Shown piece by piece: positions 10,299 to 21,324 of a stretch of DNA of 64,000 nucleotides. Both the position numbers and the translations under genes were made by a program. Each line of letters opens with the position of its first letter. Position 1 is the first letter of the stretch. This DNA is from an uncultured Acidobacteriota bacterium (lineage in GTDB: Bacteria > Acidobacteriota > UBA6911), in the NCBI GenBank assembly GCA_963718845.1, contig CAVRAD010000006.1:343815-407814 (forward strand). Direction: 5' to 3'. A model generated the notes under the pieces. It made no database searches and was not told the DNA's origin. It saw only the letters and a list, made by a program, of their open reading frames with translations.

Positions 10299-10976
10299 TC
10301 ATTCAGTATTCAGTTTTCCGTTTTCGAGCCGATAGACTTTTGAACAGATCCGGGCGAGCTTTTCGTTGTGGGTGACGATGATGGAGGAGAGGTCGTGCCT
10401 TTCGTGCACCTTGCGAAAGAGCGCGCCGATGGCTTCGCCGGTATGCGGATCCACATTGCCAGTCGGTTCATCGGCCAATAAAAGGCGGGGTTTGCCGATC
10501 AAGGCCCGGGCCAGGGCCACCCTCTGCTGCTCGCCTCCCGACAATTCTCCCGGGCGATGATGGCTTCGCTTTTCCAGCCCGACCTCGTGCAGCAGCATTT
10601 CGGCCGATTCGGCCGCTTCCTGTGTGGATGCGCCCCTGAGGAGCAAAGGCATCATGACGTTTTCCAATGCGGTAAACTCGGGCAGAAGATGATGGGACTG
10701 GAAGACAAATCCTACAGTCCGGTTGCGAAAGCCGGAGAGCTCCGGTGGAGTCAGGCTGGAAATCTCTCTGCCCAATATTCGAATCGATCCGCGATCGGGC
10801 CGGTCCATCCCGCCAATCAGGTGGAGCAGCGTGCTTTTCCCCGATCCGGAAACGCCCGTGATGCCGATCATTTCTCCTTCATCCAACGACAAGGATAGAG
10901 CGGAGAGGATCTCCAGACGTTGATCGCCGGAGCTGTAGCTTTTGCAAAGCTCATGCACCTCAAGGAGCCTACTCAT
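10299..10976 (-). CDS. lolD: Lipoprotein-releasing system ATP-binding protein LolD (ABC ATPase)
   Basis: Walker A GVSGSGKST, signature LSGGEQQRVALARAL and Walker B LLLADEPTGNVD. The start MSRLLEVHEL overlaps the stop of the upstream permease by 8 nt. Confidence 0.85.
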   Translation of the reverse strand: MSRLLEVHELCKSYSSGDQRLEILSALSLSLDEGEMIGITGVSGSGKSTLLHLIGGMDRPDRGSIRILGREISSLTPPELSGFRNRTVGFVFQSHHLLPEFTALENVMMPLLLRGASTQEAAESAEMLLHEVGLEKRSHHRPGELSGGEQQRVALARALIGKPRLLLADEPTGNVDPHTGEAIGALFRKVHERHDLSSIIVTHNEKLARICSKVYRLENGKLNTE

Positions 10977-12235
10977 AGCGCAGGGCCTCGACCGGATCCA
11001 GTTTGGCCGCACTTCGCGCGGGGTATATTGTCGCCAGATAACTGATCGCAAGAGCCGTTACTGAAATCAGCACGGCATCCCAACCCCGGACGTGGAAGGG
11101 GACATAGGGAATGCTGTAAATTTCCGCTTCCAGCTTGAGCAGCTTGTACGTGTCCAGGATCCAGCTGATGCCGATGCCCAAGACATCGCCGATCACAGTC
11201 CCGATCAATCCGATGATCAGCCCCTGCAGCATAAAGACCCGCTGAATCGTTTTCTCTGTCGCCCCCATGGCTGTGAGGATGGCGATGTCTCTCTGCTTTT
11301 CGAGCACCATCATGATGAGCGTCGTCACAATGTTGAGGGATGCCACGAAAACGATCAGCCCGATTGTGAGAAACAGCACAAGCTTTTCAAGCTTGAGGGC
11401 GGAGAAGAGCGGTTTATTGAGCTCAATCCAGGTAGTAGTGATAAAACCATTGCCTGCCCGGGCACGGATATTTTCCGCAATGGCCTCCGCATTTTCCAGG
11501 TCGTCTATTTTGAACTGGAGCACGAGGGCGGATCCTTCCGGGTAAGAGAACAGCCGGCGTGCCGCGTCTATATGGACGTAAGTCCAGTTTGCATCAATGT
11601 CCCAAAGCCCGGATTCGAAAATTGCCGCAACGCGGAACGTCATTTGTGAAGCAGTCATTCCCATGGGCGTTAGTCTCCCCATGGGGTACAGGACCTTGAG
11701 CGTGTCGCCTACCCGCGCCCCCATAGCCCTGGACATCTCTTTCCCGATGATGATCTTGTCGAGGGGAGGCGGGATATTCTCCGCGAAGCTCTCCGTGCCC
11801 GCATGTCTAGTATCGAGGGCGTGTCGGATCTCCTTCGACGATATGCGAGAGAAAATCCGAGACCTGGCTTTCCCATGCCGGATTAATCCCCTTAAGTGCC
11901 GCGCCCTGATTGTGCGAGGCACTTGCAATAAAAACCTGGTTGAAAATGGCGGGAGCGCTTCCGGTCACATGCGGTACGCCGCTGACTTTGCGCAGGACCT
12001 CTTCGAACTTAGGCATGGGAGTCCGGTCAATCCGGAGCAGGTTAATCGCCGATGTCGCTCCAAGGATTTTACCCTGCACGTCTTCCTTGAAGCCCGTGGA
12101 GAAAGCCAGCGCAATCACCAGCGCCATGACGCCTGCGGCAATTCCCAGTATCGAAATCACCGAAATCACCGACACCATCGTCTGTTTGCGTTTTGCCCGG
12201 AGATATCGAAGTGCAATGAATGCTTCAAATTTCAT
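10969..12235 (-). pseudogene. LolC/LolE-family lipoprotein-release permease (FtsX-like), with one frame break near 11810-11830
   Basis: The N-terminal ORF 12235-11807 (MKFEAFIALRYLRAKRKQTMVSVISVISILGIAAGVMALV) and the C-terminal ORF 11928-10969 (MacB-PCD region plus the FtsX TM bundle, ending AAKLDPVEALRYE) overlap in different frames. Confidence 0.8.
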
Positions 12236-12253
12236 ATAGAGGGCAGAAATGGG

Positions 12254-12340
12254 AATTTACGATTGACGATTGACGATTGACGATTGAAAACCAGCGTCGT
12301 GATTCCAATCGTCAATCGTAAATCGTTAATCGTCAATTTG
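12254..12340. repeat. Hairpin array of CGATTGA-type heptamers
   Basis: tacgattgacgattgacgattgacgattgaaaacc ... ccaatcgtcaatcgtaaatcgttaatcgtcaat. The right arm includes the last codons and stop of lysS (..QQIDD*). Confidence 0.75.
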
Positions 12341-13831
12341 TTGCTCTGGTCGAAGCAATGGAAACAGGATCACGTCGCGAATTGACGGCGAATTTGTCAG
12401 GACCATCGTCAGCCGGTCGATGCCGATGCCTTCTCCTGCGGTCGGAGGCATGCCGTAGCTGAGGGCGCGAACATAATCCGAATCCATGCCATGCGCCTCC
12501 TCGTCCCCGCGGTCGCGCGCGTTGAGCTGCTCCTGGAACCTGGCTTTCTGTTCCTGCGGATCGTTCAGCTCCGAATAGGCATTCGCTATTTCCATGCCGG
12601 CGATATAGAGCTCGAATCGCTCGACCGTAGAAGGATCCTCCGCTTTTGTCTTGGAGAGCGGCGAAACTTCCGCCGGATAATCGTAGATGATTGTCGGCTG
12701 GATGAGGTGCTTCTCGGCAACCGTCTCGAACAAAATTGCCTGCAGCTTTCCCGGGCCGTCCGACGGTTCGTAATGGGCGTGAATCGATGCGGCCAGGGAC
12801 CGGAGTTTTTCCAGGGAGCGCAGGTCTTCTTCCGAGGGTGCGGGTATCGAATCAGGCCAGAATTTAAAGATAGCCTCCTTCATGGAAAGCCGCTGCCACT
12901 GATCGAAATCCAGGATATGCTCGCCGAAAGGCACTTGCCGCGATCCGGTAACAGTTTCGGCAACGCGCGTGATCAGTTCCTGTGACAGGTCCATCAGGTC
13001 GCTGTAATCGCTGTATGCCTGATAGAACTCCAGCATCGTAAATTCGGGATTGTGATGTGTGGAAATCCCTTCGTTCCTGAAGATGCGGCTCAATTCATAG
13101 ACCCGGTTTATTCCGCCGACAATCAGGCGCTTGAGGTACAGTTCCAGCGCGATTCTCAAATAGAGTTCGATATCCAGGGCGTTGTGGTGCGTGTGAAACG
13201 GACGGGCCAGCGCGCCACCGGCGAGCGTCTGCAGGACGGGCGTTTCCACCTCGAGGTATCCCCGTTCATCCAGAAAGTTGCGGATTTCGCGGATGATCTT
13301 GCTGCGCTTGACGAAAACCGAGCGGACGTCCGGATTCACGATAAGATCCACATATCTCTGCCGGAACCGTGTCTCTACATCCGTGAGCCCGTGCCATTTT
13401 TCCGGCAAGGGCAGCAGATTCTTGGCCAGGTGGAAGACCCGGGTTGCGGAGATCGTAAGCTCGTCCGTACGCGTGCGGAATACGGTTCCTTCCGCCCCGA
13501 TGATATCGCCGAGATCGAACAGCTGAAACAGTTCGAAATTTTCGGGCCCGACGAAATCCCGGCGCACATACACCTGGAACCGGTGTTCGCCGTCGGAAAT
13601 GTCCATAAATCCGGCTTTCCCGTGAGGACGCAGAGAAACGATGCGGCCGCAGATGCGCACGGATTCTTTTCTCTCCTGGAGTTCGGCGCCGCTGACCGAG
13701 TCAAGCTTTGTCCTGAGCTGGCCGATGGTGTGCGTGTATTCAAATTTGTGCGGGTACGGATCGTAGCCCAGGCGCTTCAGTTCCGCCAACTTGAAACGGC
13801 GTTGCTCCAGAAGATTAGTCTGGCTTTCCAT
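12326..13831 (-). CDS. lysS: Lysine--tRNA ligase (class II)
   Basis: 501-aa intact ORF with an OB-fold N-terminus and class II motifs ([37 protein letters not shown]). Confidence 0.95.
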   Translation of the reverse strand: MESQTNLLEQRRFKLAELKRLGYDPYPHKFEYTHTIGQLRTKLDSVSGAELQERKESVRICGRIVSLRPHGKAGFMDISDGEHRFQVYVRRDFVGPENFELFQLFDLGDIIGAEGTVFRTRTDELTISATRVFHLAKNLLPLPEKWHGLTDVETRFRQRYVDLIVNPDVRSVFVKRSKIIREIRNFLDERGYLEVETPVLQTLAGGALARPFHTHHNALDIELYLRIALELYLKRLIVGGINRVYELSRIFRNEGISTHHNPEFTMLEFYQAYSDYSDLMDLSQELITRVAETVTGSRQVPFGEHILDFDQWQRLSMKEAIFKFWPDSIPAPSEEDLRSLEKLRSLAASIHAHYEPSDGPGKLQAILFETVAEKHLIQPTIIYDYPAEVSPLSKTKAEDPSTVERFELYIAGMEIANAYSELNDPQEQKARFQEQLNARDRGDEEAHGMDSDYVRALSYGMPPTAGEGIGIDRLTMVLTNSPSIRDVILFPLLRPEQQIDD

Positions 13832-14252
13832 TGCTCCTCAGCCTCTTGTCCATTAATTCATTTTTGATGCTATCCAGAATGCCGTTTACAAACTGCGCCG
13901 ACTCCTGTGTCGAGAACTTGCGCGCGATGTCGAGCGCTTCGTTGATCACAACGGTTTCGGGCGTCTTGCTTCCCGAGAGGAACTCGTGTACGGCAAGCCT
14001 CAATACATTCCGATCCACTGCCGCCATTCGGACCAGACGCCAGTGCTTTGTATGCTGCTGGATTACTTTGTCTATTTCCTTCAGCTGCCGGATTGTTCCT
14101 TCGAAAAGCTGGTCGGCAAATTCCCGCACTTTCTGCGGATGCTCGTTCATCTTCCAGAACGTGCGCAGAATTTCATCCTTTGAATGTTTTCCAACATCCA
14201 GTTCATACAGCATCTGAAGCGCGCATTCGCGCGCTACTCTCCGAAGTCCCAT
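13815..14252 (-). CDS. nusB: Transcription antitermination factor NusB
   Basis: 145-aa ORF ([17 protein letters not shown] ... [16 protein letters not shown] ... [13 protein letters not shown]). It shows the classical ribH-nusB linkage. Confidence 0.85.
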   Translation of the reverse strand: MGLRRVARECALQMLYELDVGKHSKDEILRTFWKMNEHPQKVREFADQLFEGTIRQLKEIDKVIQQHTKHWRLVRMAAVDRNVLRLAVHEFLSGSKTPETVVINEALDIARKFSTQESAQFVNGILDSIKNELMDKRLRSNGKPD

Positions 14253-14291
14253 AATTTGATTCGCCGGGATAGTGGTATAATAAGCAGCCGG

Positions 14292-14756
14292 CTACAGCTG
14301 CTTCATAAGTTCAACCATTTCGATTGCGGCAACCGCAGCGTCAAACCCTTTGTTGCCCGTTTTGAGACCGGCTCGATCTACGGCCTGTTCCATCGTGTTG
14401 CATGTCAGGACCCCGTTGATCACCGGAATCCCGGACTCCAGACCGATGGCGCCCAGTTCTTTGGTGACAGTTGAAGCAAGATAGTCAAAGTGGGGCGTTT
14501 CCCCTCTCAAGAGAGCGCCGAGGCAGATTACCGCGTCATATTTCTTGGATAGAGCCATTTTCCCGGCGATCGGAGGAATTTCAAAGCTGCCGGGGACCCA
14601 CGCGATGCTGATGTCCTCCTGCGAAGCCCCGTGCCGTTCCAAAGCATCGAGCGCACCGGAGAGCAACCGGTCGCTGATCAGCGAGTTGAACCGGCTGATA
14701 ACGATTGCAAAACGACTTCCTTTGGCGTCCAGCTTGCCCTGGATAATTCTGGCCAT
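14292..14756 (-). CDS. ribH: 6,7-dimethyl-8-ribityllumazine synthase
   Basis: 154-aa ORF ([49 protein letters not shown]). Confidence 0.9.
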   Translation of the reverse strand: MARIIQGKLDAKGSRFAIVISRFNSLISDRLLSGALDALERHGASQEDISIAWVPGSFEIPPIAGKMALSKKYDAVICLGALLRGETPHFDYLASTVTKELGAIGLESGIPVINGVLTCNTMEQAVDRAGLKTGNKGFDAAVAAIEMVELMKQL

Positions 14757-14847
14757 TATAGTTTTCTCCCATTTTAAGCTTTAGATTCTGCAAGAGAGAG
14801 GGCCTCATTACAAGCCTAATCAATCAAGCAGCCCCTATGGCACAGTG

Positions 14848-14955
14848 TTCGGAATCGGAATCGCTATCGGGATCGGTATCGCAAATCGCGATCGCGATTC
14901 GGCTGTAAAACGCAACAGAACCGAATCCCGATCGCGATGCCCGATACCGATCCCT
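14848..14955. repeat. Hairpin array of ATCGNN hexamers (cggaat/cggtat/cgctat)
   Basis: gggatcggtatcgcaaatcgcgatcgcgattcgg pairs with ccgaatcccgatcgcgatgcccgataccgatcc across the loop ctgtaaaacgcaacagaa. Confidence 0.75.
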
Positions 14956-14968
14956 ATGGGGATGGTTG

Positions 14969-16274
14969 TTAAAGCCGTTCAAATAGCAGAGTGAAAAAAT
15001 CGCGCATGGTTCGTCCGCTGGCATAGACCGGCTTTCCCAGGCGCTCGGATAAATCTTCCGGGGAAAGATTGTCGAGCAGAATGCCTTCCACACGCGAAAC
15101 CGCTTCGTTAGGGATAATCAGGAATTGCCCCGGGTCCTGTCCCTCCAAAGCAGCCAGGATGTCCTGTCCGCCGAGCAGGCCCGCAACGGTAATGCTCCTG
15201 CCTAAAAAGCGATTCTCCGCTGCGCATACCCGGAGCCGGGATCCGAACTTCATTATTGAATCGGGCGATGCAGCGCTTCAGCGTGGGGGCAAAGAGCTTT
15301 CCCGTTACCAGCGTTCCCTGCAAACCGGAGAGGGATTTGCGGCGCCGGCCCATTGCCGCCGCAAATTCATCCAGGAACGATCGGACCATTCCTATGCCGT
15401 CTTCGATTTGCGAAAAATCGTCGTAATAATCCTCCGCGGGTATGTCTACTGCACCCTGGATATAGAACTCGTCGGCAAGACATGCGAAGGTACGGCCGAT
15501 TGCAGCGCGAAATTCTTCCTGCCATGGAATCGCCGAACGAATGATACTGCGGCAGTAATCGGGCGTCACAGGGACCAGGCGTTCCCGGGGTTTCCCATAA
15601 TCGGATAATCCCAGCGGCACAATCGCGACCGACTGCACGCCCGGATACAGGCGGTACAGATCATAAACCGTTTCTTTCAGGTGCGTCCCGTCATTGATTC
15701 CCGGCATCAGGACAACTTGGGCATGGATCTGAATCCCTTCCCGGACGAGTGCTTTAAGCTTTCCGTTCAGGTCGTCGGCCTTTTTCCGCCCCAGGATCTG
15801 CGTCCGGAGATCGGTTTCCGTCGCATGCACGGAAACATACATCGGGGAAAGGCGCTGCTCGATGATGCGGTTCAATTCTTTTTCGGATACGTTTGTCAAG
15901 GTGACGTAGTTGCCATGCAAAAAAGACAGACGGTAGTCGTCGTCCTTGACCCGCAGGCCCGGCCGGACGCCCGGAGGGAGCTGATCCACAAAGCAGAACA
16001 GGCAGGCGTTGTTGCAGGTCTGAGTCCTGAATTCCTCCATCTGCAGGCCCGGATCGGCGCCTTCCGGCAGCTTAAAAACAACCTGTCTTTCGCAGCCGTT
16101 TGACTGCAGGATGCGGAGCTTCAGGCGCTCCTCGGACAGGTAGAATCGAAACGCGAGTTCGTCGTCGATCGCGTGGCCATTAACCGTCAGGATGCTATCT
16201 CCCGGCGCCAGGCCCGCTTTCGCTGCCGCGGATCCTCTTTTTACTTTAAGAATTCTGGTCCCTTTTAGGGTCAT
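14969..16274 (-). pseudogene. PDZ + radical-SAM-like DUF512 family protein, with one frame break near 15245
   Basis: There is an N-terminal PDZ (ILKVKRGSAAAKAGLAPGDSILTVNG) and a CX3CX2C motif (TCNNACLFCF). The C-terminal DUF512-type segment (GSRLRVCAAENRFLGRSITVAGLLGGQDIL) lies in a second frame (ORF 15253-14969). Confidence 0.75.
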
Positions 16275-16839
16275 TCCCCTGCACCTGATATGACGCAATG
16301 ATTCGCACCGACGTATACGCGTAGTGCAGTCCGGAGGCTATTGTGAATGCCAAGGTAGCGTACTGTACCAGGGGGAAAATAGTGATCGCCAGTGTCGCCT
16401 GGAAATTGGCCAGCATGCATACGCCTACGGTTAAAAGCTGAACCGCCGTAGTGCATTTTCCGAGTATGCTGGGAGGAAAATGCGTGTGCCGTGTCTGGAG
16501 ATGAATGATGAGCACGGATACGGCGATTATGATGTCGCGGCTGATCGTTAAGATCGTCAGCCATGTGGGTATATGCAGGATTAGAGGCACGGAGGGAAGC
16601 GTCAGCATAATAAACGCGGCGGTCAGCAGGATTTTATCCGCCATCGGGTCCAGGAAGGATCCCAGCACGGTCTTCTGCTGCAGTTTTCGGGCGATAAGCC
16701 CGTCCAGTCCATCTGTGACGGCCGCAAGCAAGAATAAAAATGTTGCCGATTTGGGGTGGCCATAGATAAGCAGGATGACGAAACAGGGAACGAATAGCAT
16801 TCTGAGAATCGTCAATTGGTTCGCGTAAGTCAAGACCAC
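16246..16839 (-). CDS. pgsA: CDP-diacylglycerol--glycerol-3-phosphate 3-phosphatidyltransferase
   Basis: CDP-alcohol phosphatidyltransferase motif (DGLDGLIARKLQQKTVLGSFLDPMADK) and multiple TM helices. Confidence 0.85.
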   Translation of the reverse strand: MVLTYANQLTILRMLFVPCFVILLIYGHPKSATFLFLLAAVTDGLDGLIARKLQQKTVLGSFLDPMADKILLTAAFIMLTLPSVPLILHIPTWLTILTISRDIIIAVSVLIIHLQTRHTHFPPSILGKCTTAVQLLTVGVCMLANFQATLAITIFPLVQYATLAFTIASGLHYAYTSVRIIASYQVQGNDPKRDQNS

Positions 16840-17003
16840 GTGCCAGCTCCTTTGAGACAGCCAATCGAAAGTATATACACCAACTTGCCAGAGCGCGTCT
16901 CCTATCTTATCAGGATTTTTGCCATTTCATATACAGATGCCTTCGGCCGGCCGATAAGCTATTAGGACAATCCGCGACCAAACGAAGAGGAAACCAGGGA
17001 CAT

Positions 17004-18107
17004 ATGTCGCTTTCTGGAAGACTGAATACAATGGATTTGCCGGAAGTCCTGCAATGGGTAACAATTGGCAGGAAGACCGGATCGCTCTCTTTCGTCAAAG
17101 AAAAATCGAAGGTTCATCTTTTCCTGAAAGAGGGAAAGATCATATCCTCCGCTTCGAATGATCCGACCAAACAGCTCGGGCAGTTCCTCCTGTTTCAGGG
17201 AAAAGTCACCGAGCCTCAGCTTAAGAGAGCTTTTGAAATCCATCTCCAGACCCGGGTGATACTTGGGAAAATTCTCGTTCAGGAAAACCTTGTGTCCAAG
17301 GAGGATGTCGAGAAAGCGCTGATCACAAGAACAGAAGAGGTTATCTATGATCTCTTTTTATGGGAAGACGGCTACTTCCATTTCTCCTCCACCGAATATA
17401 ACGAAAATGAGTTAATCCTGATCAATGTGGGTATCAATGCGCTCCTGTTTGAAGGAATTCGGCGCAAAGATGAGTGGGCCCGGATCCGGGCTGTGTTTCC
17501 CAATAATGATGCCGTGCTATCTCTTCGATCCGACGTGGACCTGAAAAGCCTCGAGCTGACCCCATTACAGAAAAAGCTGCTATACCTGCTCACGTTGAAA
17601 AAGCCTCTTTCGGAAATCATTCTGGAACTGCACGGCTCGGATTTTCTGGTTTGCTTCGAGCTGTTCCAGTTGTATGAACAACAGATCATTGAAATCGTCG
17701 AAACGCCGCCGCCCGCGGTCGAGACTGCAAGTCCTGCGGAGTTGTTCAACAAAGGTTTGGAGTTGATGCAGAGCCGTCAATTTCAGGAGGCGATTGCAGC
17801 ATTCCAGGAAGTTCTGAAGCTGGATCCCCAAAACACGTGGGCTTCCGAGCAGATTGAAAAGGCAGAGAAATCGATGTGCCAGGAGTACTACCGGACCTCT
17901 ATCCCGCCCGGAAAAATTCCATATTACCTGGTTCCCGAATCGACGCTTACGCGCCATAATCTGACACATGAGGAGGGTTTCGTTGCATCCCGCATCAATG
18001 GCACATGGGACGTCAAATCCATCGTGATGCTTTCACCACTGAGAGAGCTTGAAATTTTGCAGGTGCTGGACAAGCTGATGAAGCTGGAACTCATCGCACT
18101 CAAATAA
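17004..18107 (+). CDS. DUF4388 domain-containing protein with a C-terminal TPR-like region
   Basis: The N-terminus has the typical DUF4388 opening (LSGRLNTMDLPEVLQWVTIGRKTGSLSFVKEKSKVHLFLKEGKIISS). A later segment reads QFQEAIAAFQEVLKLDPQN. Confidence 0.7.
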   Translation: MSLSGRLNTMDLPEVLQWVTIGRKTGSLSFVKEKSKVHLFLKEGKIISSASNDPTKQLGQFLLFQGKVTEPQLKRAFEIHLQTRVILGKILVQENLVSKEDVEKALITRTEEVIYDLFLWEDGYFHFSSTEYNENELILINVGINALLFEGIRRKDEWARIRAVFPNNDAVLSLRSDVDLKSLELTPLQKKLLYLLTLKKPLSEIILELHGSDFLVCFELFQLYEQQIIEIVETPPPAVETASPAELFNKGLELMQSRQFQEAIAAFQEVLKLDPQNTWASEQIEKAEKSMCQEYYRTSIPPGKIPYYLVPESTLTRHNLTHEEGFVASRINGTWDVKSIVMLSPLRELEILQVLDKLMKLELIALK

Positions 18108-18260
18108 AATTACGAATGACGAATTACGAATTACGAATGTCAAACATACGTTCCGGTTGGGGTGCATTACCGGCCGAAGTCAGAATGTCCTGTTGTATGT
18201 TTCAATTCGTAATTCTGGAAGCGATTCGTCAACGTAATTTGTCACATCTGTATTCATTCG
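18107..18260. repeat. Hairpin array of GAATTAC/GAATGAC heptamers
   Basis: attacgaatgacgaattacgaattacgaatg (18109-) pairs with caattcgtaattc...gattcgtcaacgtaatttg...tattcattcgg. The right arm overlaps the 3' end of the TonB-dependent receptor remnant. Confidence 0.7.
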
Positions 18261-20485
18261 GCATTGAAGTTGAATTTCATGCCGGCCATGAAGTTCAGGC
18301 GCAGGGCAGGGTATCCGAGAACTTCCTCATACCTCTGATTCAGAAATTGTTGAGACGGCCGTAGATTTCCACGCCTTTCGGGCAGGCGATAGGAGAAGCC
18401 GGCGTCTGCGCGCGTGTATCCCTTGTTTTTATAGAAGGGGTATCCGTATGCCGGTTCGCTATCCAGCACCGCGCCGCGAATGTAGGCGTTGGTGCTCAGC
18501 GTCAGGCGTCATATGCATCCGTGACAGCTATAGCTTGCGGAGTGGCGCGGGCGCCGCAGCAGGGGCTGTCCGACCTGAAAGGGAGAATTGGCCTCGAGCT
18601 TCCGTCCAGTGCCAGAACGTCGGAATCCACGAATGAGTATTGGCCGCCAACCCCAGCGATCGTGTCGGGATGCAGCTCGGAACGATACCTCAAAACCCTG
18701 CGCTCTTGAATTCTTCAGATTGTCCGAAGTATATGAGCTGAGATTTTGCATGGATCCGCCCAGCGTTACAATCTGGTCTTCAAAGCGATTATAGAAATAT
18801 GTGAAATCCACTACGGCGAGGTTGGCGAAAAGGCTCTGTTCGACGCCTGCGTCGAAGCTGATGCTTTTTTCCGGATTAATTCCGGATTGTTGGTAAAGGC
18901 CAGTTCAAAGCCGTCCGGGGTGCGGATGCCCGTGCCGAAGCTTCCGTGAATCCGCGTCCTGCCAAAAACGCTGTTCGGGATCTCCGTCGTAAGGAGAGTA
19001 TGCCACTGAAACTCGCGGATTGACCTTAACCACTGAGCTTTCCGGGATATAAGGTCTTGATCCCCATGCGTCTGTCGGAATGGAATGCGTTTGAATATGA
19101 TCCATGCGGATCCCGGTGATCAGATACAGGCGATTGGAAAGACTCCAGCGATTTTCCGCGAAATAGGCAAGGCTTGTGCGAGGAAGCAGAAAAGGAGAAT
19201 ATTGGCTGTCGGTGATGTAGCTGTTTCTTATTTGTTCTCGATTGAATTCAAAGCCTGCGGTGAGGGTGTTTCTGGGCGAGAGCATGATTTCGCTTCGCGT
19301 GTTCAGAATTCCGCGCAGGGTTGAGGATTTATAGTCGCCCCACAGTTCGAATGATAATTGAGGTCGTTGGTGGAGAGGTTAGCGGCGGTGAACTTGACGC
19401 CAACGGGAAGAAAACTGCTCCGTGTAGCCTGCTTGATAGCCGAACAAGTTTTGTTTGCCGCGCGATACGGTATCAATGCCCGTAAACGTGCCAGCCGGAT
19501 CGGATCCATAAGGCCCTGGGGCTCCGGCATCGTTTGCGTTTCCGAAAAAATGAAAGCTCAGTTGCCTGCGGGCCTGATTGTAACCAAGGTTCAGAAAGGC
19601 GCTCTGGTTGCGGTATTGATCGTTTTCGACCACGCCATCCGAATCGAGGCGCGACAGGTTATAGGACCAGCTTAATCCCCGGGTGAGCCCGCTTCCGCCC
19701 GGTGGCAAAGCGCCGGGTGTAGTTGCTGCCTCCTTCAGCCAGAGCGGTGAAAGTCGGCCGGCCTTCTCCTCGACGGCTGATAATATTGATGACGCCGGTC
19801 AAGGCGTTGGAGCCATACAGGGCGCTTTGCGGGCCGCGGGTGATTTCCACCCGCTCGATGCCGTCGGCTGGAAGGGAAGCCATGTCGAAAGGAACCGCCG
19901 AATTCGTTTAACGGGATGCCGTCCACCATTACGGCGTTGTACTTGCTTTCGCCTCCGCGGATATAGACTCCGGTTACTCCGCCGCGCCTGCCTGACTGGC
20001 TGACCTCGATCCCCGGGATCCCGCGAATGACTTCCAGCGCATTCTGTGCGCTCGCGGTCGTCGATGTCCTGTTTTGAAACCAGGCTTACCGAGGATCCGA
20101 TCTGCGGCGACCAGCGCTCCTCCTAACGAAGCGGAGACGACGACCTGCGATTCGAGCGCGCTCAATGCGAGGTTCACGTCCTGCCTCTGATTTCCGTCTT
20201 TGCGGACTTCAATGTTCATGGCGGGGCAGGCGAGGCCGCGGGCGCTTGCTGCAGAGCTGGTACGGGCCCTCCTGTAACTCTTCGAATTTAAAAACTCCCC
20301 TTGCATCGGCCTGGCGTTCTTCAATAACCGTGAGAGAACGCAGGAGGCTGATTCGGGCTCCCGGCACCGGCTTGCCGCTCGGATCCAGAACCGTCCCCTC
20401 CAGTGTGGTAGCCAGCGCTGCGCTGTCCCGCACACGCCAATAGAAACAAAATAAAAGTGCAGTTTCTCAGAATCGATTTGTTCAT
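18254..20485 (-). pseudogene. TonB-dependent receptor (BtuB-like by context) with an N-terminal carboxypeptidase-regulatory-like domain; about 10 frame breaks
   Basis: The fragments occur in protein order but in changing frames. They start with a signal peptide (MNKSILRNCTFILFLLACAG) and LEGTVLDPSGKPVPGARISLL. The plug region reads [45 protein letters not shown] and [37 protein letters not shown]. Barrel strands follow, ending in the terminal NQRYEEVLGYPALRLNFMAGMKFNF. One break sits at an A3/T3 run at 19888-19890. Confidence 0.85.
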
Positions 20486-20514
20486 TTTGGATTTCCTTGT
20501 TTCGTTTGTTGGCC

Positions 20515-21324
20515 TCAATTGCATAAGCAGGATTCCCTTGGAATCACGGGAAGGACCTCGACGGTACCATCCGGGATTAGCCGTATGGTGAAATCCAGGC
20601 CGAAGATTTTTTTAAGATTCTCCTGCGTCAATACTTCCTGAACGCTCCCCTGGTGCCGGATCTTGCCCTGGGACATGAGAACGAGGCGATCGCAGAAAGC
20701 TCCCAATAGATTGATTTCATGCGAAACCACGAGTGTAGCAAGGTTCTTTTCGCGCGTGATGCGCTGAACCAGCCGCAGCAATTCCACCTGGTAGTTAATG
20801 TCGAGATTTGCCGTGAATTCGTCGAGCAGCAGGATCTCGGTCTGCTGGACCAGGGCGCGGGCCAGCAGCAGACGCTGCCTTTCGCCGCCGGATATTTCCG
20901 TGACACGGGATTTCAGGTAGTGCGTCAGCCGGGTCATCTCCAGAGCTTCGAGAGTGATCTGCTCGTCCGAAGAGCTTTCGAAGCCCAACAGCGAAAGGTG
21001 CGGCGATCTGCCCTGGATCGCGAACTGAAATACCGTCTGGTAGTGATAGACGCCGCCATTCTGCGGAACAATGGCGATGTGGCGCGCAATTTCTTTTCGC
21101 TTCATGCGCGACAAGGAGGACTCGCCTCCCAGAAGCACTTCTCCCGACAGGGGAGGCAGAATCCCGCCAATCAGGCGCAGCGCGGTTGTTTTACCGGAAC
21201 CGTTCGGTCCGATGATGCCGGTAATGGTGCCCGGCTTCATGCTCAGGGAAATATCCTCGACGATGGGCCGGTGATAATCGAAGCGTAAATTCCGGGCTTC
21301 AAGCATTACGGCTGGCCTGTTCAT
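20515..21324 (-). CDS. ABC transporter ATP-binding protein (BtuD/FepC type)
   Basis: Walker A GPNGSGKTT, signature ISGGERQRLLLARAL and Walker B ILLLDEFTANLD. The start MNRPAVMLEARNL forms an ATGA overlap with the permease stop at 21321-21324. Confidence 0.85.
   Translation of the reverse strand: MNRPAVMLEARNLRFDYHRPIVEDISLSMKPGTITGIIGPNGSGKTTALRLIGGILPPLSGEVLLGGESSLSRMKRKEIARHIAIVPQNGGVYHYQTVFQFAIQGRSPHLSLLGFESSSDEQITLEALEMTRLTHYLKSRVTEISGGERQRLLLARALVQQTEILLLDEFTANLDINYQVELLRLVQRITREKNLATLVVSHEINLLGAFCDRLVLMSQGKIRHQGSVQEVLTQENLKKIFGLDFTIRLIPDGTVEVLPVIPRESCLCN

Noticed and set aside
10068-10343. 91-aa plus-strand ORF in the gap between the secreted-protein gene and lolD
   Set aside because: It has no RBS or motif, it overlaps the lolD 3' end and a heptamer repeat, and its composition is not protein-like.
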